Shown here: piece by piece, positions 6,674 to 20,377 of the stretch
Layout of the letters: each line of letters starts with the position of its first letter
How positions within the stretch are numbered: position 1 is the first letter of the stretch
The notes under the pieces: model-generated
Databases searched by the model: none
What the model saw: only the letters and a program-made list of their open reading frames with translations
Told to the model about the DNA's origin: nothing
Position numbers and translations under genes: made by a program
From: Methyloversatilis sp.
GTDB lineage: Bacteria > Pseudomonadota > Gammaproteobacteria > Burkholderiales > Rhodocyclaceae
Reading direction: 5' to 3'
Assembly: GCF_030698125.1 (NCBI RefSeq)
Contig: NZ_JAUYNV010000014.1
Span: forward strand, 3,028 to 67,027
Length of the DNA: 64,000 nt

Positions 6674-9310
6674 GTGTCGGTCATCGACTCCGCAGCCGAC
6701 AGCGCACCGGCCCTGCCGCCGCGCCGGCACACGGCGACCCGTGGGGTGGCCCTGCTGCTCATGGTGGCGTCGGGTTTCGCGGCACTGGGCTACCAGATTG
6801 CCTGGACGCAGCAGGCTGCGCTCTGGCTCGGTCACGAAGCAGCGGCCGTGCTGGCCGTCGTGGCGGCTTTTTTCGGCGGGCTGGCGGTCGGCGCGCTCAT
6901 GCTCGGACCTCGCATCGACCGCAGCAGGCGCTCCCGCGTGTGGTACGTCGCCTGCGAACTGGTGATCGGACTGTGGAGCCTCGCGCTGGCGCTGATGCTC
7001 GATCCGGTGGCGGAGGGGCTGCTGCAGCTCATCGGTCCGCAACCCACGCCGCTGTGGCACTGGGCCGTGGCGTTCGGCGGCACCTTCCTGTTGCTGCTTC
7101 CGGCTACCGCAGCCATGGGCGCGACGCTGCCGGCGATGGAAGGCGTGCTGGCCGGGCTCGGCCGCGTCGGCCAGTCGATCGCCCCGCTGTATGCCGGCAA
7201 TACCCTGGGCGCCTTGCTCGGCGTGCTGGCGAGCGCCTTCTGGCTGGTGCCCAGCCATGGGCTGACGGTCACCGCCGCCGTGTGTGCGGCGCTCAATCTG
7301 CTGTGCGCAGTGATCGCCTGGCGACTGTTCCCGGCTGCCTCCACCCCGCCAGCGGCTGCGCCGCAGACCGGTGGACGTGCGACATTGCGGCTGCTCGCGA
7401 TGACCGGCCTGCTGGGCATCGCCTACGAAGTGCTGGTGGTGCGCGTGCTGAGCCAGGTGGCGGAAAACACCGTCTATACCTTTGCGCTGCTGCTGGCCGT
7501 CTATCTGGTCGGCACGGCCATCGGCGCCGCGCTCTATGCCGGCCGACGGATCCCCCCCGAACGCGCCGATGCGCTGCGCGATCGACTGCTGGTGTGGCTG
7601 GCGTGGGCCTGCCTTGTCGGCATCCTGGGCCTGAGCGAGGCGGCGACATTCAAAAGCCGGCTGAACGACATGCTGGGCGCCACACTGGCGGGTGCCCTGA
7701 TCGCCGAGGCAGCGCTGGCCTGCATCGCGTTCCTGCTGCCCACGGTGGTGATGGGGGCGCTGTTCAGCCATCTGGCGACACAGGCCCGCACCGATGGCGT
7801 GGCATTCGGTCGTGCGCTGGGCATCAACACCCTGGGCGCAGCCCTTGCGCCGCCGCTGTTCGGCCTGCTGCTGGTGCCCGTCGTGGGGTCGAGGGTTGCG
7901 TTGCTGCTGCTGGTGCCGGCCTATGTCGCGCTGTGCTCGCCACGTGGCTGGCTCAGGCCCGGTGCGATTGCGGCGCTGTTCGCCGCGATCGCCGCGCTGT
8001 TCTGGATGCCGTCGCTCACCCTGGTCGATATTCCGGCCGGCGGCCGTCTGGCCAGCCACGTCGAAGGTGCGCTGGCGACGGTGAGCGTGGTCGAAGACGC
8101 CGATGGCGTGGCCACGCTGCACATCAACAACCGGCAACAGGAGGGCAGTACCGCCACCTTGCTGGCCGATGGGCGGCAGGCGCTGCTGCCGATGCTGCTG
8201 CACCCGGCACCCGAACGGGCGCTGTTCCTGGGTCTGGGCACCGGCGTCACCGCCTCGACTGCGGCACAGGAAAACGGCGTTCAGGTCGATGTGGCGGAGC
8301 TGCTGCCCGAAGTCATCGACGCGTCCGCGCGCTTTACCGAAGCGGCCTGGGGCGCGGGCGCCGCGCAGCGCATGCGGGTGGTGGCGACCGATGCGCGGCG
8401 CTTCGTCCGCGCGGGCGGCGCAGCCTACGACGTGATCGTCGCCGACAACTTTCATCCGGCGCGCAGCGGATCCGGGTCGCTATACACCGTGGAGCACTTC
8501 GCGGCCATCCGCGCCCGGCTGGCGCCGGATGGCGTGTTCTGTCAATGGCTGCCTTTGCACCAGCTCGATCTGGATACCCTGCGCAGCATCGTGCGCGCCT
8601 ACCAGGCGGTCTATCCGCAAGGCTGGGCCATGCTCGCCACCAACAGCCTGGACACGCCGGTGATCGGACTGGTGGCACGCGCAGACGACGGGCGCTTCGA
8701 TGTCGACGCGCTGCGACAACGGCTGCAGGGCGGGTCGTTCGGCTTCAAGCCCGAGGATTTCGGTGTGCCGGACGCGCTGGCGCTGCTGGGCAGCTTCGCG
8801 GCCGGCCCGGCCGCACTGGCGAATTTCGCCGGCGCTGCGCCGCTGAATACGGATGACCATCCGGTGGTGATCTATCTCGCGCCGCGCATCACCTACCAGC
8901 CGGATTCGCTGCCCCGCGACCGGCTGATGAGCTTTCTGCAGGCGACACGGATCAGCCCGGACGAGTTGCTGGCCACCTCGTCGGCCACCCCGCTCGACGC
9001 AGCCTGGGCGAAACGCCTGGACGCTTACTGGCAGGCGCGCAACCGCTTCATCGACATCGGCCGGCAGGTGCAGCCCAGCGCCGATGTGCGGCAGATGCTG
9101 GCGCAGGTCGGTCAGCCCTTGCTCGACGTGCTGGCCATCAGCCCGGACTTCCGTCCGGCCTACGACCCGTTGCTACGCATGTCGCTTGCACTGGCCCGGA
9201 TCGATGCCGACGCAGCCAGGTCCCTGCTGCAGGCGCTCGCGCGGCTGCAGCCGGCACGACCGGAGGCGGCGGACGCGTTGCGCGCGCTGTCGGCGTCTTC
9301 CCCACCCTGA
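6674..9310 (+). CDS. fused polytopic membrane (MFS-like) / spermidine-synthase-like aminopropyl- or methyl-transferase with helical C-terminal domain
   Basis: ~880 aa with about 12 predicted TM helices in the first 480 aa. A SpeE-like core follows (LFLGLGTGVTAS; YDVIVADNFHPARSGSGSLYTVEHF), then a helical tail. The start is either TTG 6656 (track) or GTG 6674 just after the upstream stop. Confidence 0.65.
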   Translation: MSVIDSAADSAPALPPRRHTATRGVALLLMVASGFAALGYQIAWTQQAALWLGHEAAAVLAVVAAFFGGLAVGALMLGPRIDRSRRSRVWYVACELVIGLWSLALALMLDPVAEGLLQLIGPQPTPLWHWAVAFGGTFLLLLPATAAMGATLPAMEGVLAGLGRVGQSIAPLYAGNTLGALLGVLASAFWLVPSHGLTVTAAVCAALNLLCAVIAWRLFPAASTPPAAAPQTGGRATLRLLAMTGLLGIAYEVLVVRVLSQVAENTVYTFALLLAVYLVGTAIGAALYAGRRIPPERADALRDRLLVWLAWACLVGILGLSEAATFKSRLNDMLGATLAGALIAEAALACIAFLLPTVVMGALFSHLATQARTDGVAFGRALGINTLGAALAPPLFGLLLVPVVGSRVALLLLVPAYVALCSPRGWLRPGAIAALFAAIAALFWMPSLTLVDIPAGGRLASHVEGALATVSVVEDADGVATLHINNRQQEGSTATLLADGRQALLPMLLHPAPERALFLGLGTGVTASTAAQENGVQVDVAELLPEVIDASARFTEAAWGAGAAQRMRVVATDARRFVRAGGAAYDVIVADNFHPARSGSGSLYTVEHFAAIRARLAPDGVFCQWLPLHQLDLDTLRSIVRAYQAVYPQGWAMLATNSLDTPVIGLVARADDGRFDVDALRQRLQGGSFGFKPEDFGVPDALALLGSFAAGPAALANFAGAAPLNTDDHPVVIYLAPRITYQPDSLPRDRLMSFLQATRISPDELLATSSATPLDAAWAKRLDAYWQARNRFIDIGRQVQPSADVRQMLAQVGQPLLDVLAISPDFRPAYDPLLRMSLALARIDADAARSLLQALARLQPARPEAADALRALSASSPP

Positions 9311-9619
9311 CGTCGGTGCGATCGGCCGGGCTCATGTTGGCCCTCCATTCGTCCAGCGAGTCGACAACGAAGCAAGCGACCACGTCGTCAAACAGGACGC
9401 ATACTTCCGCGCACGACGGAACACTCCGGATACAGTGCAGATTCGATGCACGCGCTGACGTCGCCCGCCCATGGAACGGATACATGGCGGTCGTGACGGA
9501 GGGACGCTGCACCTTGTCACGGTGGCCAGGACGGAAGGCTCCAATGTGTCGCAACAACCCGGCCTTGACACGATCGCAAGGCGGATACCCGGTATCGACC
9601 TGATGTGCGCACGCCGAAC

Positions 9620-12043
<2,424 letters not shown>

Positions 12044-12170
12044 GGATCGCACACAGGGGGGCGCCGACCGGCGGCATGGCCATGCGTTGCGTCAAGCCGC
12101 ATGGTCGCGCGCAGCGCATAATCTCCGTGCAGCAACCCCTCCGAATGACTTTCCGCAGCGGCCCACCACC

Positions 12171-12956
12171 ATGTCCGACAGCCAGGCGCTTCTCGAATCA
12201 CGCCATTTCCTGACCCGTTCCGTTCCGCTGTCCAGCCCGGTGAACTGGCTGGTTGCCGGCTGGCGCGATTTCCAGCGCTGCCCGCTGCCCGGCCTGCTGC
12301 ATGGCGTTCTGGTAGCCGTTTTCGGCGCCTCGCTGTGCTGGTGGATACCGGATCGCTTCTGGCTGCTCGGCGGCGCCTTCACCGGCTTCCTGCTGGTGGC
12401 GCCGGTCATCGCGACCGGGCTGTATGCCATCAGTCGTGCCCTTGAGCGGGGCGAGTCGGCGGATCTGGCCACCGCGCTCACGGTGTGGAAGCCGCGTGAC
12501 GGCCGCATGGTGACTTTCGGCGTGCTGCTGGCGCTGGCCGGTACCGGCTGGGTGCTGACGTCGGCAGCGCTGATCTGGTCATTCGCCGCCGCACCGGTGG
12601 TGACCCCGGAAGACTTTCTGCGTGTTGTCGTGCTGGCCGAACGGGGCTGGCTGTTTGAAGGCTGGCTGCTGCTGGGCGGCCTGCTCGCCGCGCCCCTGTT
12701 CGCCTCCAGCGTGGTGGCGATCCCGCTGCTGCTCGACCGGCAGATCGGCGTGCTGGGCGCGGTACTGACCAGCTGGCGCGTGGTGATGGCGAATCCGGCG
12801 CCGCTTGCGCTGTGGGGTGCCGCCATCGCGTTCTTCACGCTGTTCGGCATGGCGACCGGCCTGCTGGCGATGCCGGTGGTGATCCCGCTGCTCGGGCACG
12901 CCAGCTGGCACGCCTACCGCGAGCTGGTGGGCAGCTCGGTGTCGACGGCGCGCTGA
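12171..12956 (+). CDS. DUF2189-like integral membrane protein
   Basis: The track ORF was trimmed to ATG 12171 (MSDSQALLESRHFLTRSVPLSSPVNWLVAGWRDFQRCP...). The protein is polytopic, and this family is often found next to Cu-ATPase or oxidase maturation genes (recognised from memory). Confidence 0.55.
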   Translation: MSDSQALLESRHFLTRSVPLSSPVNWLVAGWRDFQRCPLPGLLHGVLVAVFGASLCWWIPDRFWLLGGAFTGFLLVAPVIATGLYAISRALERGESADLATALTVWKPRDGRMVTFGVLLALAGTGWVLTSAALIWSFAAAPVVTPEDFLRVVVLAERGWLFEGWLLLGGLLAAPLFASSVVAIPLLLDRQIGVLGAVLTSWRVVMANPAPLALWGAAIAFFTLFGMATGLLAMPVVIPLLGHASWHAYRELVGSSVSTAR

Positions 12957-12970
12957 AGGGCGATCCGATC

Positions 12971-13180
12971 ATGTCCGACATCACCGAAGAACAATTCGCG
13001 CAGTTCGGCCTGACCTTCGGCGTCACGGCCTTCATGTTGTACATGCTGTTCATCCTGCTGCAACTGGCGCGCGAATCGAAGGCGGGGCGTTTCGGCACCT
13101 TCGTCATCCTGCTCGGCCTCGGTCTGGGCATGATGGGATTCGTCGCCAAGTTCGTCATCAAGTGGGTTCTCGACAGCTGA
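12971..13180 (+). CDS. small two-TM membrane protein (DUF2788-like)
   Basis: ATG 12971; 69 aa: MSDITEEQFAQFGLTFGVTAFMLYMLFILLQLARESKAGRFGTFVILLGLGLGMMGFVAKFVIKWVLDS. Confidence 0.55.
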   Translation: MSDITEEQFAQFGLTFGVTAFMLYMLFILLQLARESKAGRFGTFVILLGLGLGMMGFVAKFVIKWVLDS

Positions 13181-13199
13181 TCACCGGTACCTGCCAGGC

Positions 13200-15734
<2,535 letters not shown>

Positions 15735-15759
15735 ACTACGAGGGTCAGGCAGACGCGTT

Positions 15760-16380
15760 TTACATGCGACGGCGCGCCGCCATGCCGATCAGGCCCAGAC
15801 CGGCCAGCAGCAGGGCGTAGCTTTCGGGTTCCGGCACCGGGGTGGCGACAGCCAGGTTGTCGAGCACGACGGCGTTGCCCTTGAACGAGATCGAGCGGAT
15901 GTCGGCCGTGGCGCGCGTGATGCCGACGAACTGGCCTTCGTTGTAGCCGAATTCATCCGTGTTGATGCTCAGCGTGTAGGACTCGATGATCTGGTTGTTG
16001 TCACCGTAGGCCGACACGACGAGACCGAACGGCAGTACGTCGTCGGCGTAGTGATTGACGAAGGCGCCGGCGCCCGCAGTCAGGTCCGAAAACGTGAAGC
16101 GCAGTTCGCCGATGAAGCCGCTGGCGGCGAACAGGTTGCCGACGCCCCACGTGCCATTGGTGCCGAGCACGGCAATGTTGGCACCCAGTTGCGAACCTTC
16201 ATCACCGGTGAAGGTGATGCCGGGCGCAACCATTTCCGGGCCGCTGGTCAGAAAGCCGTCGTAGCTCTCGAAATCGACGGACAGCGGGTTGTACAGGTCA
16301 GCCACGTCGCTGGTCAGGGCGGCGTGTGCCGGCAGCATGGCGAACGAGGCCAGTGCGGCAGCGATGAAAGTCAGTTTCAT
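15760..16380 (-). CDS. small secreted PEP-CTERM sorting-domain protein
   Basis: Start at ATG 16380 (MKLTFIAAALASFAMLPAHA) with an AGAGGA RBS. The C-terminus is ...VLDNLAVATPVPEPESYALLLAGLGLIGMAARRRM. Same size and architecture as the protein at 2504-3106. Confidence 0.85.
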   Translation of the reverse strand: MKLTFIAAALASFAMLPAHAALTSDVADLYNPLSVDFESYDGFLTSGPEMVAPGITFTGDEGSQLGANIAVLGTNGTWGVGNLFAASGFIGELRFTFSDLTAGAGAFVNHYADDVLPFGLVVSAYGDNNQIIESYTLSINTDEFGYNEGQFVGITRATADIRSISFKGNAVVLDNLAVATPVPEPESYALLLAGLGLIGMAARRRM

Positions 16381-16401
16381 GATGAATCCTCTGGTTAAGG
16401 G

Positions 16402-16433
16402 CACGGTGGCAGTAAAGCTGCTCTGCCACCGTG
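16402..16433 (-). terminator. perfect 11-bp-stem hairpin between phoX and the PEP-CTERM gene (no U-tract)
   Basis: CACGGTGGCAG-N10-CTGCCACCGTG, 57 nt after the phoX stop and 22 nt before the PEP-CTERM start codon. Confidence 0.45.
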
Positions 16434-16489
16434 ACGTCCTTGTGAAAGCGATGTGTCGAACGGTGAATCGGAGCCCGATCAGGGTCCGC

Positions 16490-18484
16490 TCAGGTACCGA
16501 TCACGCCGCCGTCGTCCTTGGTGATAACGACCACCGCGGAACGCGGCTTGACGGCACCATTGGCGCTTTGCGTCGTCGGCCCGTTGATGCCGTTGTCCGG
16601 CCAGGTGCTGCGCGACGTGAAGCTGCCCGACCAGCTTTCGCCCGGGTGCTGGATGTTGACGAACATGGTCTTGTTGTCCGGCGTGGTGACCACACCGGTC
16701 ACTTCGCAGCGGATCGGGCTGGTCAGGAAGCGGGTGATCTGGCGCGTGGCCGGATCGGCGCAGTACATCGCATTGCCGCCGATGTTGACGTAGTTGCCGG
16801 TCGCGTCGCCGGCCTGATCAGTCTGGATCCAGAGGCGACCATCGGAATCGAACCAGAGGCCATCCGGCGAACCGAGGTCGTCGCCGATGATGTTGCCCTG
16901 ACGCGCCGGGTTGCTCGACAGCTTGTCGCCGCACTCGGCGAAGATGTCCCACTGGAAGCCGGTGGCCGCAACATCGCCGCCGTTTTCGTTGAAGCGGATG
17001 ATGTGACCATGCACGTTGTTGGCGCGCGGGTTGGCGGCATCGGTGACGGTGCGGCCGCTGTTGTTGGTCAGCGTGAAGTACACCTCGCGCGTGGTCGGAT
17101 GCACGGCGACCCATTCCGGGCGGTCCATCCTGGTGGCGCCGAGCAGATCAGCTGCCTGGCGGCACATGATGACGACGTCGCCCTGACTGTTGAAGCCGTT
17201 CGCCGACGTCAGACCATTCTGGCCATGGACCAGCGGCAGCCATATACCCGTGCCGTCGGCGTTGAACCTGGCGACATACAGCGTGCCGGTGTCGAGCAGA
17301 TCGCGGTTGGCAGCGCGGTTCTTCGTGTTCAGCTTCTTCGCGCAGACGAACTTGTAGATGTAGTCGTTGATTTCGTCGTCGCCCATGTAGAGGGCAACGC
17401 TGTTGTCGGCTCCGACCACGCTCCATGCGCCTTCGTGCTTGAAGCGACCCAGCGCAGTGCGCTTGACCGGCATCGCACTCGGGTTCCACGGATCGATTTC
17501 GACCACCCAGCCATGACGGTTCAGTTCATTCGGGTTTTCGCGGAAGTCGAAGCGCGGGTCGGCTTCGTGCCAGCGGTAGCCGAAGCCACCCTGGCTGACG
17601 CCGTAGCGGGCTTCGTGCGGCGTGCGCGGCTGCGCGGCCAGCTTGGCGGCCGTGGTGCCGAAATAGCCGTTGAAGTTTTCTTCGCAGGCGAGATAGGTGC
17701 CCCAGGGCGTGTAGCCGTGCGCGCAATTGTTCAGCGTGCCGAGCACGGTCATGCCGGCCGGGTCGGCTGCGGTGCGCAGCATCGGGTGGCCGGCAGCCGG
17801 GCCCGATACCTTACAGGGGGTCGCGCCGGTGACGCGACGGGCGAAGGCGGACGGGCGTTGCACCTTCATTTCGCCGCCGATCTTGCGCACTTCGATCACG
17901 CTGACGCCGTGCGCGGCGATCTGTGCGTCGACCATGTCCTGCGTGATCACATCGGTACCGTAGGTCAGCGTGTGGTTCAACAGACCCGGATCGACGTACT
18001 CATGATTCGACACGAGCAGGCCGCGGTCATTGCTCAGACCGCCGGCACCGACGGCCGGGAACGGGAACAAGTGCATGCCGTCGTTGTGCGAACCCCAGGT
18101 CGTCAGTTGACGAGCCTTGGTCATGGCGGTCGACGGGTCCCAGTGCGTGTTGGCCTCCGGGCCGGCCTTGCCGATCGCATCGCCCCAGGAGATGAACACC
18201 TTCGCGGTGTAGCCGTTCGGTACGGTGATGCCGTCGGTCATCGGCGCGATGTTGGCCGGCACGCCGGTGAAGCCGATGCCGCCGTTGGTCGGCGTCGGGC
18301 TGGGCACATAGCCGGCGGCGAGGGCTTCGAGGCTGAAGCCACCCATCGAAGCGAGCACTGCCGTGCCGATCGAGCCTTTCATGAAGTTGCGGCGGCCGGT
18401 GAATGCGGCCAGGACGTCACGGATCGACTCGTTGTCGGTCGGGTTGATCGTGACGTTGTTGTCAGGATGCAGATGAGCAGACAT
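16490..18484 (-). CDS. phoX: PhoX-family (DUF839) alkaline phosphatase, Tat-exported
   Basis: 664 aa. The N-terminus NPTDNESIRDVLAAFTGRRNFMKGSIGTAVLA (twin-arginine signal) is typical of PhoX. The rest has beta-propeller-like repeats, with NHEY, PWGT, FENP and PDN-type motifs throughout. Confidence 0.8.
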   Translation of the reverse strand: MSAHLHPDNNVTINPTDNESIRDVLAAFTGRRNFMKGSIGTAVLASMGGFSLEALAAGYVPSPTPTNGGIGFTGVPANIAPMTDGITVPNGYTAKVFISWGDAIGKAGPEANTHWDPSTAMTKARQLTTWGSHNDGMHLFPFPAVGAGGLSNDRGLLVSNHEYVDPGLLNHTLTYGTDVITQDMVDAQIAAHGVSVIEVRKIGGEMKVQRPSAFARRVTGATPCKVSGPAAGHPMLRTAADPAGMTVLGTLNNCAHGYTPWGTYLACEENFNGYFGTTAAKLAAQPRTPHEARYGVSQGGFGYRWHEADPRFDFRENPNELNRHGWVVEIDPWNPSAMPVKRTALGRFKHEGAWSVVGADNSVALYMGDDEINDYIYKFVCAKKLNTKNRAANRDLLDTGTLYVARFNADGTGIWLPLVHGQNGLTSANGFNSQGDVVIMCRQAADLLGATRMDRPEWVAVHPTTREVYFTLTNNSGRTVTDAANPRANNVHGHIIRFNENGGDVAATGFQWDIFAECGDKLSSNPARQGNIIGDDLGSPDGLWFDSDGRLWIQTDQAGDATGNYVNIGGNAMYCADPATRQITRFLTSPIRCEVTGVVTTPDNKTMFVNIQHPGESWSGSFTSRSTWPDNGINGPTTQSANGAVKPRSAVVVITKDDGGVIGT

Positions 18485-18574
18485 GTGTTCTCCTCGGATG
18501 AATCGAGATGATGGTTCGGGGCATCTTCCAGTCGCACCGAGTGGTGCGCTGCGTGGGCGTGCGCGAATGATTGT

Positions 18575-18592
18575 GTGAGGCGCGTTTGACAG
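18575..18592 (-). promoter_or_regulatory. Pho-box-like direct repeat upstream of phoX
   Basis: The sense strand reads CTGTCAA-ACGC-GCCTCAC (10/14 matches to CTGTCAT-AWAW-CTGTCAY), 91-108 nt upstream of the phoX start. Confidence 0.4.
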
Positions 18593-18700
18593 GGATAAGA
18601 CGCTTCAGGCGTTCGGCAATGATCCGAACGGACTATCCCTGGCCGGAGAGGGTGACGTCGCCGGTCGCGGCGCGGCGGGGCAGATTCGGGACCCGGAACG

Positions 18701-18732
18701 AAAAGGGGCGACACCCGCACGGATGCCGCCCC
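18701..18732 (-). terminator. rho-independent terminator after the phytase-like gene
   Basis: The sense strand reads GGGGCG-loop-CGCCCC followed by TTTT, about 27 nt after the stop at 18759. Confidence 0.7.
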
Positions 18733-18758
18733 TGACAGGCAAGACGAGGACAGAAGGC

Positions 18759-20315
18759 TCAGTTGCCCGAACGCATCCTGCGACGGGCCACGCCACCGAC
18801 CGCAAACAGGCCGGCCAGCATCAGCGCCCAGCTTTCCGGCTCGGGCACCGCAGGGGTGATGGTGACGCGATAGGCCAGGAACATGGTGTCGATGTCCTTG
18901 CCGTCGTTGTACGCGCTGCCGACCTGGAAACCGTCGGTGGTGGCGAAGTCATTGTCGTTGGCGATGAACAGGAAGTAGTCGTTCGGGCGGTCTGCCTCCA
19001 GCGTCGGCAGCAACACCAGGCCTTCCCACTTTTCCGACAGGTTGTCGAGACCGGGCTGCACGCCATTCACCAGACCGAAGCGCGCCAGTTCGGCGTTGTC
19101 GTTGATATCCAGGAAGGGTGTGTAAAGCGCCGGCGTGATGGCCGGGTTCAGCACGCCACCCGGCGCGATCTGTCCCTCGTAGCTTTGGTTGAGGATGTTG
19201 GTCGCGTTGCTGATGTCGATCACGTCCACCCGGCGCAGATTCGATTGCTCCGTACCCACTTCGAAGCCGTTGCTGTCGCGCGGCAGGATGAACAGTTGGG
19301 TGTCGGACACGGCGAGTATTTCGCTCTGTGCGGCAACCAGCGTGCTCGTGCCCTGCTGGAATTTCGGCAGCTGCACCGCGTATTCACCGGTCAGCGTGAT
19401 CTGGTCCAGATTGCTGACGTCGTAGGTGAACAGGCGCGTGTTGTTCCGCGTGGACGCATTGGCGAGGTCCTGGCGGGCGGCGCTCTGCAGCGCGACGAAC
19501 AGCGTCTGGCCGTCCGGCGACAGCGACAGCCCTTCGAAGCCCTGGTTGTTCGCGCGGCCGGCTGCCGGATTGGCCGGCGTCGGGCCGGTCTGACCGTCCG
19601 TGGGATTGTTCGAGCTGTAGTCGGTCACGCCGTTGCGTATCGGGCGCACCGACGGTGCCACCGGCAGTGCGCCGATGAATTCACCTGTCGCCGAGAAACG
19701 ATAGATCGACGGGCCGTATTCGTCGCTGATCAGGCGCGAACCGTCGGCCAGGATGACGATGCCTTCTGCGTCGAGCGACAGCTTGCCGTTGTAGCCCTGC
19801 GGCAGTTCCGGCAGCAGCGAAGTGGCCGGACGTGCACCACCCGTGAGGACGCCACCCGGTACCGGGTCGATGCCGCTCAGCGGGCGCGAGGCGCCGGTCA
19901 GCGTTTCGTACAGCAGCGTCGACTGCGTCAACGCGAGGCCGATCTGGTTCTGGCCCAGACCGGTGCTGCCTGCTGCGGCGGGCGTGAAGTCGACGGCGAT
20001 GCGGTTGATGCGCGCCGTGTAGTCGATCGTGCCGGCAACGTTGTAACCGCGGTCGGGCGAGGCGTAGAAGATGCCGGAATAGCTGTTGCCGGTGCGTGTC
20101 CAGGTCGAGGCATCGGCCACCAGGCCGGAAATCGAACCGAAGGTTTCACCGTGCTCGTCGCGCAGATTGGCCGCCAGCCGGCCGACGCCGACCAGTTCGT
20201 GCACCGTGAATGAGGTGCCATTGACGACGGTCTGCGCAAACGAAACCTGCGCGCCGCCAAGCAGCAGTGCGCCCGCGAACGTGAGGCGGGACAGATGGAT
20301 CAGGGATTTTTTCAT
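18759..20315 (-). CDS. phytase-like esterase family protein carrying its own C-terminal PEP-CTERM anchor
   Basis: The track ORF (703 aa) was trimmed to ATG 20315 (MKKSLIHLSRLTFAGALLLGGAQVSFA). FGSISGLV...SPDRGYN and later motifs fit the 'esterase-like activity of phytase' fold. The C-terminus is TPAVPEPESWALMLAGLFAVGGVARRRMRSGN. Confidence 0.7.
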   Translation of the reverse strand: MKKSLIHLSRLTFAGALLLGGAQVSFAQTVVNGTSFTVHELVGVGRLAANLRDEHGETFGSISGLVADASTWTRTGNSYSGIFYASPDRGYNVAGTIDYTARINRIAVDFTPAAAGSTGLGQNQIGLALTQSTLLYETLTGASRPLSGIDPVPGGVLTGGARPATSLLPELPQGYNGKLSLDAEGIVILADGSRLISDEYGPSIYRFSATGEFIGALPVAPSVRPIRNGVTDYSSNNPTDGQTGPTPANPAAGRANNQGFEGLSLSPDGQTLFVALQSAARQDLANASTRNNTRLFTYDVSNLDQITLTGEYAVQLPKFQQGTSTLVAAQSEILAVSDTQLFILPRDSNGFEVGTEQSNLRRVDVIDISNATNILNQSYEGQIAPGGVLNPAITPALYTPFLDINDNAELARFGLVNGVQPGLDNLSEKWEGLVLLPTLEADRPNDYFLFIANDNDFATTDGFQVGSAYNDGKDIDTMFLAYRVTITPAVPEPESWALMLAGLFAVGGVARRRMRSGN

Positions 20316-20377
20316 GTGACCTCTGGCGGGCGGCGCCCGTTGCTGTTTTAGGTGATCCGCGAGTGTGATCAAGCCGC

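Noticed and set aside
9565-9598. A TTGACA -35 box and the palindrome GATACC-C-GGTATC just upstream of copA, as a possible MerR/CueR-type promoter.
   Set aside because: No convincing -10 lies at 19-20 bp spacing. There is no long dyad between the -35 and -10 as in CueR sites, and no MerR-family gene is nearby. It is left as an unassigned palindrome.
16289-18511. 740-aa ORF on the plus strand.
   Set aside because: It lies entirely antisense to phoX. The composition is Arg/Ala/Gly/His/Val-rich with no motifs, which is the usual mirror-frame artefact of high-GC coding DNA.
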